The translations under genes were made by a program, and so were the position numbers. The notes beneath the pieces were generated by a model. The model was not told the origin of the DNA. It saw nothing but the letters and a program-made list of their open reading frames with translations, and did no database searches. Source: Octopus vulgaris (taxonomy: Eukaryota). From it: a DNA stretch of 64,000 nt. The stretch is from the NCBI GenBank assembly GCA_951406725.2, contig OX597818.1, positions 29,264,001 to 29,328,000 on the forward strand, written 5' to 3'. This document shows, one piece after another, positions 55,043 to 64,000 of this stretch (positions within the stretch are counted from its first letter, which is position 1; each line of letters starts with the position of its first letter).

Positions 55043-55687
55043 CTTTGTAGCTTGTTGCAAAATCAGTGACTGTTGTCGCTTGAATTTATATATATTGCGA
55101 ACTACTGCCATCTCTAGTAGACGAGGTGTCCAGTACTGAAGAGAAGCAGAAACAACCCAAAACCAGGCTGGTATGCTGGTCCTGTTGCTATAGAAGGTGG
55201 CAGGATTTTATTCCTCTGCTCGTGATATATTGGATGCAGCTGTGCATTGTTAACTAGCTAGAGGAGATGTCCACTTGAAGTTAAATAATTGCAGTAAAGT
55301 CCATTTGAATGGAACAGCGATGTTGAAGTGGCTACGAACATTACTTGCTAGTACAACTATTGTGATCATCTCTTAGAGAGATTTTAGAATTAGCTTTTTA
55401 GATTGTTGCAAAATCAGCAAGTCTGTCACTTGAATTTGTATATATTGCAAGCAGAGGTGAGCTACTGCTATCTCTAACAGACAGAGCGTCCAGTACATAA
55501 GGGAGGCAGAAATAGCCTGAAACTACGTTGGTCCCGTTGCTAGGTGATAGGGATTTGTTTTACCCGCTTGCAATATATTGGATGCAGCTGTGCATCATTA
55601 ACCAGCTAGAGATGTTCTCTTGGGGTTAAAAATTGCAGTAAAGTCCATTCAAATGCAACAGCCATGTTGCAGTGGATATGAACATTA

Positions 55688-55688
<1 letters not shown>
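55043..55688 (+). repeat. ~352-bp tandem dimer, each unit containing a hammerhead remnant (retrozyme-like)
   Basis: ttgttgcaaaatcag at about 55052 and 55403; atattggatgcagctgtgca and gcagtaaagtccatt repeated in register. Confidence 0.8.
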
Positions 55689-55749
<61 letters not shown>

Positions 55750-55762
55750 TTGAATATATATA

Positions 55763-56350
55763 AGACTACAGCAGCGGTACTGGATATTAATAGTTATTGC
55801 CAAGCTAATATGGCAGTCCATAAATATAGGACGAATGCTGCTGTTGATTAGCTCCAAGAGGCCAACTCCTCTAGCTAGCTATGTGACACATGAACCTGTG
55901 TCCATTATAACCTTTGAACAGGGGAGGTCAGCTGCTTCCCTTTGCTGGTCAAGCATCTGTAGACTAGTGTCCTTTAGAGAGACTTAGAAATAATAATATT
56001 TCTATTTTTGAAAACCAGTGGATTAATTCCACTGAATTTAGGTAAATTATCCTTCGAACTGACGGTTAGTAACGACGCCTACTGGGTTCGGCTGCTCTGC
56101 TTTGATAAAGGGCAAATACCCTGAAACTAGTCTGCAGATGCCTGACCAGCAAGGGGAAGCAGCTAACCTCCCCTGTTCAAAGGTTATAATGGACACAGGT
56201 TCGTGTGTCACATAGCTAGCTAAAGGTGATGGCCTCTTGAAGCTAATAAATGGCAGCATTCATCCTATATTTATGGACTGCCATATTAGCTTGGCAATAA
56301 CTATTAATATCCAGTACCGTTGCCGTAGTCTCCTTTAGAGAGACTTAGAA
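55763..56350. repeat. ~205-bp inverted repeat (55763-55968 / 56126-56331) adjoining a U3:A8 hammerhead
   Basis: Arms are reverse complements; each is followed by the same 20-mer, tcctttagagagacttagaa. Confidence 0.88.
56096..56138 (+). ncRNA. Minimal type I hammerhead, U3:A8 variant
   Basis: tctgc-t-TTGATAA-aggg-caaata-ccct-GAA-ACTAGT-C-t-gcaga: GUC cleavage triplet, palindromic stem III, paired stems I and II. Confidence 0.7.
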
Positions 56351-56364
56351 GAAATAATTATAAT

Positions 56365-56430
56365 ACATATATATATATGTATGTATGTGTATATATATAT
56401 ATTTATATATATTTATGTATGTATATATAT

Positions 56431-56472
<42 letters not shown>

Positions 56473-56795
56473 ATGTATGTATATGTATGTATATGTATGT
56501 ATATATGTATGTATGTATATATATGTATGTATGTATATGTATGTATGTATGTATATGTATGTATGTATGTATATATATGTATGTATGTATATATATGTTT
56601 GTATGTATATATATGTATTTATGTATATGTATGTATGTATGTATATATATATGTATGTATGTATATATATATGTATGTATGTATATATATATATGTATGT
56701 ATGTATATATATATATGTATGTATATATATATATGTATATATATATGTATATATATATGTATGTATATATATATGTATGTATATATATATGTATG

Positions 56796-56826
<31 letters not shown>

Positions 56827-56853
56827 ATATATATGTATGTATATATATATATG

Positions 56854-56902
<49 letters not shown>

Positions 56903-56923
56903 ATATATATATATATATATATG

Positions 56924-56962
<39 letters not shown>

Positions 56963-56973
56963 ATATATGTATG

Positions 56974-57004
<31 letters not shown>

Positions 57005-57109
57005 GTATGTGTATATATGTATGTATATATATATATATATATGTATGTATATATATATATGTATATATATATGTATGTATATATATATGTATGTATATAT
57101 ATATGTATG

Positions 57110-57168
<59 letters not shown>

Positions 57169-57210
57169 GTATGTATTTATATATATGTATGTATTTATAT
57201 ATATGTATGT

Positions 57211-57251
<41 letters not shown>

Positions 57252-57288
57252 TATATATATGTATTTATATATATCATATATGTGTGTG

Positions 57289-57333
<45 letters not shown>
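56365..57333. repeat. ~1-kb compound (TA)n/(TATG)n microsatellite
   Basis: Directly visible; it generates the spurious YI-rich ORFs. Confidence 0.98.
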
Positions 57334-57335
<2 letters not shown>

Positions 57336-57429
57336 CGGGAAGCTTTATGAAAATAGACAAAAGACGAAGGCAGGTTTACGGAAATAAACAAAAGATGAAG
57401 GCAGGTGAAATACAAACAAACAATTGTAT

Positions 57430-57460
<31 letters not shown>

Positions 57461-57473
57461 TTGTGTGTGTGTG

Positions 57474-57509
<36 letters not shown>

Positions 57510-57512
<3 letters not shown>

Positions 57513-57990
57513 GAGGTAGTATCAAAAAGTTCCCAAACTAGTTACGTTTCATAAAAAATAACTTATTTACCTAAGTTTTAGCACCATCTCCTCCAAAACA
57601 GTCACCTAGCACAGCAATACAGTGGCAGGAATACTGGGGCCCCAGCATTCCTGCCACTTTGGGAATTTGTCCTGGAAGTTATTTTTCATAAGTGAGGCAA
57701 GGACTTTCTGCAATTTGCTCTGGATCTTGACAACGGTGTTAAAACAGCAACCTTTGAGCTGCCTTTTCATCTTGGATGAAATGGAAGTCTTCAGGTGTCG
57801 AATCTCGTGAATAGGGCAGATGTGAAAGCAATACCATGTTGTTATTGGTGAGAAACTCATGAGTGAGGATAGCTTGGTGACAGGGTGCATTGCCATCATG
57901 AAAAGCCCAATTCTTCATGCTCCACAGATTCAGTCGCTTTCATCAAATGTCCTCCCTCAAACACTTCAAAATGTTGCGGTAGAACTGCCG
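57510..57990 (-). mobile_element. Mariner 3' fragment
   Basis: TIR-like tatgaggtagtatcaaaaagttccc next to a TA tract; minus-strand KMKRQLKGCCF..FPKWQECW remnant; truncated where the PLE begins. Confidence 0.6.
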
Positions 57991-59765
57991 ATTGATATTC
58001 TGCCTAAATAACGAGTTTCCAAAAATTGGTGGCCTATACAGGGATGATGCACTTTTCATTCTGTTTAACTCATTCAATTTAGAGATAGAAAAATATAGGA
58101 AAAAGTTATTTAAATTCTTTGAGAACATAGGGCTCTCTATGTCAGTAGAGGAGAAGAACAACTCAGTAAACTTTTTGACATAATGCTAGAGCTAAGCACA
58201 GCAATGTACAAACCATATCACAAATCAAATGAAAACCTTAAGTACATACACAAAAATGGTAATTACCCTAGATGCATAACTCAATCAGTTGTTGAAAGCA
58301 TTTCAACCCACATATCAAATCTCTCAGCAAATGAAGGAATATTCAAATTAAATGAGGATTACTATAACTTAACACTAGTAGAAAGCAGGATATAGGGAAA
58401 AATTAAAATTCAACAAGAGAAACAATATGAGAGTAAATATGTATAGCAAGATAAACTACCCTAACACTAGTTGCAACACACTAGATAACCAAGAAACACA
58501 CCAAGCCACCATGTGAGGATGAAGAGGAACATTAAAGATAGGAAGATTGAAAACATAAAACATAACCGCAGAACACTTAGCAATGGAAGGGATTCAAGCA
58601 AATATGTACCCCATATGGAAATAGATTGTCAAAATAACAATAGATGCATTAGTAAACCATACATTAGTAGTGAAATAAACTACCACAAAATCTCACACAC
58701 TCTCACTATGTACACAGCTAATGAATACAATTATAAGTGACCTGCACACCTGAGTAAGAACCATGAAAATGGGAAATGTACTATTGCTAAAAACTGGACT
58801 ATACCTACAAACACTAATACCAACAATAATTCTAAAACTACAATGAGCTATATTATCCCATTTAGGAAACAGATAGTTTCAAACCTCCCTAAATTGTTCT
58901 ATACCACAAAGAAAAACATTTTCTTAGAAGTCACATATACTAACATTCAATTAGCATTTTCTAATACCTATAATCTTGCACAAATAATAGCTGCTCATAA
59001 TACAAATAAGCTAGGCAGCTTCCAGGAAGATCTTAGTAACCAGAGTACAAATAATAGGTTAATAGTAAATAGCAACAGTAGTAACATAGACAGTGATACC
59101 ATTATTGATCACACTAGGCTAGGGGGAATGATTATAGTAGAACTGACAATCAAAAGGAAACAACCCTAGTAAATTCCCTTATGAGCATTGAAAGAGTAGG
59201 TACAACCACTAGAAAGAGCAGTACTGAAAATAACATCAGGAGGGGTATCGAAAATAATATGAAAATTAGGGAAAAAGATTCTGAAAAGATCCCTAGAGAA
59301 GTCAATGATGTAATAAATTATAGAAATAGACAAACTAGTTTTTGCAACTGCTCAAGAAATAAAACCTGTCTCTAAGATTTGAAATGTAAAACCAAAAACA
59401 TTGTCTTCAGATGTAAAGTTATCTCAGAGGGTATGGAAAACTTTTATATTGGTGCAAGTTCTTTTTTTTTTTCAAATAATGACTTGCTATTCATCTGAAC
59501 TCATTTAGGGATAGGGAAAAAATAAATAGTACAAACCTAAGTAAACTAATCTGGTCATTTAAAGATACAAACAAAAGCTATTCACTCGATTGGGAACTAA
59601 TCAGTACCACTAAGCTTTATAGAATGGAGGAAAAAAGATGTGACCTCTGCATAGAAGAGCTTTACCAAATATTTACTTCAAAATACACATTAATAAACAC
59701 AAGATAAGAACAAACACTGAGATGTCTACATACACGCAAATGGACTTTCAAAAATATAAATGAAC
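57990..59765 (+). mobile_element. Penelope-like relic (RT C-terminus + GIY-YIG)
   Basis: GGLYRDDAL, VNFL, YKPYHK, CNCSRNKTC, NIVFRCKV..FYIGAS and CDLCIEE; multiple stops. Confidence 0.8.
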
Positions 59766-60266
59766 ACGTGCAATTTTTGGTAAATCGTTTTTTTTTTCTG
59801 TTACTTAGCCCATCTGTAATGCTTTTATGTGATTAGTTGGAGGGAAAGGTGAAGATCGAAAGAAAAAGGAGGGTAAGATGAAGAGGGAGAGTGTTGTGTA
59901 TTAAGTCTATAAGTTGTGCATGAATTATAAAAAGTGTAAATATAAAGTGCATTAAGTAATCATCATATTCCAATTTCCTTCACTTTTCAATGATTAGCAG
60001 ATGTGCGACTATCTTTTGATACAGACACAGCACAGGATACATTTGCAGGATTTTTGGATAAAGTTTTCAGAAATAACCCAATAAGTTTACCATTAATTCT
60101 ATGAAATATTCATGGGTCCCATTGTGGTTAGCTGGCATCTGGAACTAAACAGAGAGCTAACATAGTATCCACCTGGATAATATATGTATATATTTATATA
60201 TATAAAGTCATCTAAGAATCCATAAGTCAGGAGAAAATGCACTCATATATCTGTCAATAGAGGGGT

Positions 60267-60560
60267 TATATTAATCGGAGTGTACAGTATTATATATATT
60301 CATTACACCTGATCATACCTGTTGGTTTTACACTAGGGATTTGATTGGATGTTAGGTAACAATGCACTCATCAAAGGTAGCTGTTGTGGAATAAAATATA
60401 GAGAGCAGTCACCATATTTCATTCCATAACAGCTACATCTGATGAGTCAGAGTTACATAATCGGACAGTTTCTTAACATTCCATTAAATCCCTAGCATGA
60501 AGCCGATTGGTAAAATCAGCCTTAATGAATATATAATACTGTACACTTCAATTAATATAT
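60267..60560. repeat. ~290-bp foldback palindrome
   Basis: gtgtacagtattatatatattcatta / taatgaatatataatactgtacac; ctagggattt / aaatccctag; ctcatcaaaggtagctgttgtggaat / attccataacagctacatctgatgag. Confidence 0.85.
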
Positions 60561-60561
60561 A

Positions 60562-61830
60562 TCATCATCATCATCGTTATCGTTTAACACCCGCTTTCCA
60601 TACTGGTATGGGTTGCACGGTTTGACTGAGGACTGGTGAGCCAGAAGGCTGCACCTGGCTCAATCTGATCTGACAAAGTTTCTACAGCTGGATGCCCTTC
60701 CTAACGCCAACAACTCCGAGAGTGTAGTGGGTGCTTTTACGTGCCACCAATGGCCAGTCAGATGGTTGTGGCAACGATCACACTCAAAAGGTGTTTTTTA
60801 TGTGCTACCTGCATGGGAGCCAGTCTAGTGATAATGGCAATGACCACACTTGAATGTTGTTTCTTGTGTGCCACTGGCACAGGAGCCTATCCATGGCCCT
60901 GGCAACGATCATGCTTGGATGTGCATTTAACATTCCACTGGCACGAGTGCCAATCAGGCGGTACTGTCATCAGCCACATCAGCGATTTTGATTTCACTTG
61001 CCTCGATAGGTCTTTGCAAGCAAAGTTTATTGTCCAATGAATGAGGAGTATTCATATGAGGAGTATGCATAGGCCACGGCTATGGTCTCACTTGGTTTGT
61101 CGGGTCTTCTCAAGCACAACATATCTCCAAAGGTATCGGTCACTAGTCATTGCCTTGGTAAGGTCCAATGTTCGAAGGTCGTGCTTCACCACCTCATCCC
61201 AGGTTTTCCTGGGTCTACCTCTTCCACTGGTTACCTCAACAGCAAGGGTGTGACACTTTTTCACACAGCTGTCTTCATTCATTCGCAACACATGACTATA
61301 CCAGTATAGTCATCTCTCTTGCACACCACATCTGATGCTTCTTAAATCTGACTTTTCTCTCAGGGTGCTTACACTCTGCTGTGTATGCACACTGACATTA
61401 CACATCCAGTGGAGCATATTGGCTTCATTCCTTGCAAGCTTACGCATGTCCTCAGCAGTCACAGCCTATGTTTCACTGCCGTGTAGCATGGCTGTTCGTA
61501 CACATGTGTCATATAGTCTACCTTTTATTCTGAGTGAGAGGTTCTTTGTCACCAGCAGAGGTACAAGCTCTCTGAACTTTGCTCAAGCTATTCTTATTCT
61601 AGCCATGACAATGTCAGAGCATCCACCCCGCTACTAACTTGGTCCCCTAGGTAACAGAAGCTATCAACTACTTGTAGTTTTTTCCCTGGAATGTGACAGA
61701 AGCTGTTCTCTGCACATTTTCAGTGTTTATAGCACCTGAGAATTTGCCACATACAAAACTTATCTCCCTAGTTAACTTTCCTTTGATATTGCTGCACCTC
61801 TTATGTGTCCATAGCTTACACTGGGTATAA
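60562..61830 (-). mobile_element. RTE LINE 3' fragment
   Basis: Minus-strand SGRGRPRKTWDEVVKHDLR ORF end, 3' UTR and (GAT)n tail. Confidence 0.85.
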
Positions 61831-61982
61831 TTTCCACTTAATTTTAAAATTTCAAAAAATTCAGCCGTTCAGAAAAGATCCATAAATCTATGTTAACATA
61901 ACTGCACAAAAGACTGAAAAATGAAAATCCTGAAGGAATCTCCTTTTTTAATACAGTTCTGTATTTAAGAGCTGAGGAATTG

Positions 61983-62144
61983 TGTACATTATTTACATTT
62001 GACAGATATCTGTCCTCATCTTGTTTGTTGCTAACACAACGTTTCGGTTGATATACCCTCCAGCCTTCATCAGGTGTCTTGGGGGAAATTTCGAACCTGG
62101 GTTCTCATTCCTAAGGTATTTTTCAATGTTGTTGTTGTTGTTAA

Positions 62145-62176
<32 letters not shown>

Positions 62177-62456
62177 TCACTGCCTGGTATTGAGCTCGGA
62201 ATCTTGGGGTTAGTAGTGCAGGGCTACTAACCCCAAGATTCCAAATTCAATTCCAGGCAGTGACCTGAATAATAATAGTAATAATAATATTAATAATAAT
62301 AATAATAACAACAACATCGAAAAATGCCTTAGGAATGAGAACCCAGGTTCGAAATTTCCCCAAGACACCTAATGAAGGCTGGACAGTTTATCAGCCGAAA
62401 CATTGTGTTAGCAACAAAGAAGATGGGGACAAATATCCGTCAAATGTAAATAGTGT
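61983..62456. mobile_element. Palindromic pair of tRNA-head + hammerhead elements
   Basis: Two ~235-bp arms joined head to head near 62220; each arm carries an HHR motif (62033-62078 minus, 62364-62409 plus). Confidence 0.85.
62033..62078 (-). ncRNA. Minimal type I hammerhead ribozyme (intact core)
   Basis: On the minus strand: GACAC-CUGAUGA-A-GGCUG-gaggguaua-u-CAACC-GAA-ACGU-U-GUGUU. Stem I GACAC/GUGUU; palindromic stem III ACGU; GUU site; one mismatch in stem II. Confidence 0.75.
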
Positions 62457-63519
62457 ATCTCTTTTTTTATTGTTAAGTGTGATCATATTCTTTCCATACT
62501 TTTGCTGTTTATGGCTTGAACCACTACAGCTAATGGTTAGTTTTATGTTATTATTGTAGCCAAGTGTTTAATTTGAAAGTGACTTTTTTTTTTTTTTTTT
62601 TTGACAGCTATCAAAAACAATAATGAGTAAGTATATTATATTTTTACTTGTTTATTTAAAAAATAAAAATACATTTCTCTTAAAAAATTATTTTTTATCT
62701 TTCATGATTCAGTATATTTTCCTAGCAATTTGCTTGCTAAAAAAAGGCTGCACTTCAACTGAAGCAAACCATACTTGGAGTAGCCTTCTGTACTTTTTGC
62801 TAAAAATTATACTACCTTTCAACTAGTTATATTTTTCTTTCAGTGCATGCCAGATATATATCCACTTTAATCTCTATAAATGTTGATTTCTCCAATCATG
62901 ATTTACATCATATGAAGATAAGGGTAGAGAGAATAAAAGAAAGATAAAGAGAGAGTTAACAAAAGAGGGAAAGGATGGGTGCACACTCTAGGCTTGGTTG
63001 CAGGCAATGAATAAATGAATGCTACATGCACATGTTGAAAGAGAAAGAATTTTGGAGACAGAGGATGTGGAACTGGGTGGAAGGGATGAAATAACGAAGT
63101 AGTTGTGGTAGGGTTTATTCAAATGAGAAATTTGTTTTATTTAATTTGATTTTAAAGTAATGAATACTTCTTGTTTTAAAATTTGTATCGGTTTCATCAT
63201 TTTGCATAAGTAATAAGGAATTTTATAAAAGTTAAATTATAATTATTGTATCTATACCATATTTTCTGACATTATCCTTGGTTGCAAATCTTCCAAAGTT
63301 ACCCATCAAGTGTTTTGATAATTAATGTTTTTACTTAACAATGTTTTAAAATAGAAAGCCCAGTAGAGTTTATCTCTTAGGGACAGCAAGGATTATCAGG
63401 AGGATCCTAAGCATCTGAAAGACTGCTGAAAACTTGTGGATATCTAAGGTCACAGGTAGTAACTTGCTATCCACAGAATACCTACCAGGAATAAGACCAA
63501 CCTGAGACAAACCAAAATA

Positions 63520-64000
63520 ATAATAATTGTTTCAAATTTTAGTACAAGACCAGCAATTTCAGGGGAGGAGGCAAGTCGATTGTATTGACCCCAGTGTCCA
63601 ACTGATACTTATTTTATTGATTCCAAAAGGATGAAAAAGCAAAGTTAACCTCGGCAGCATTTGAGCTCAGATTTTAAAGATGGATGAAATGTTGCTCAGC
63701 ATTTGCTAATCATTCTACCAGCTCACAATAATAATATTTTCTATTGTAGGCACAAGGCCTAAAATTTGGGGGATGGGGACAGTCAATTACATTGACCCCA
63801 GTGTTTCACTGGTACTTAATTTATCACCCATGAAAGGATGAAAGACAAAGTCAACCTTGGCAGAATTAAATATAACAAGTTGTCACAGAATTGGACTCCA
63901 GTCTTGCAAATGTGGGTACATCCAAATAACTAATAATAATAATTGTAATAATCCTTTATACTAAAGGCACAAGGCCTGAAATTTGGCGGGAGGGGAATAG
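63520..64000 (-). mobile_element. Cluster of three SINE 3' fragments (Nin/Deu-like domain)
   Basis: Repeated attgaccccagtg..aaggatgaaag..aaagtcaacc and ggcacaaggcct; related + strand fragments at 28350-28530 and 39050-39195. Confidence 0.65.

Noticed and set aside
56345-57514. Long ORFs of 316-377 aa rich in Y/I/M/C
   Set aside because: They are translations of a (TA)/(TATG) microsatellite that lacks stop codons.
60001-60103. Candidate cytoplasmic exon of the Ig gene (also near 62844)
   Set aside because: AG acceptors with short open frames exist, but no recognisable motif or donor supports them.

Overview
AT-rich, repeat-dense eukaryotic DNA. The SINE/LINE repertoire and microsatellite load resemble an octopus (cephalopod) genome; this is an inference. 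Five + strand exons of one immunoglobulin-superfamily type-I membrane protein gene cross the window (four Ig-domain exons at about 2.1, 28.8, 34.1 and 39.3 kb, and a transmembrane exon at 51.5 kb). Its introns hold decayed transposons: a CR1/L2-type LINE, RTE LINEs, an R4/Dong LINE, two helicase-bearing Helitrons plus a non-autonomous one, mariners, a possible Chapaev3-like relic, several Penelope-like elements (PLEs) and tRNA-derived SINEs. The most interesting hidden signal is at least six unrelated type-I hammerhead ribozyme (HHR) motifs, folded by eye. They include a family fusing a tRNA-like Pol III head to a minimal HHR that occurs as head-to-head palindromes, a ~350-bp tandem HHR repeat resembling a non-LTR retrozyme, and two U3:A8 covariant HHRs. 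Most ORFs in the supplied track are spurious translations of repeats. TE boundaries are approximate unless termini are stated. Nothing was verified computationally.
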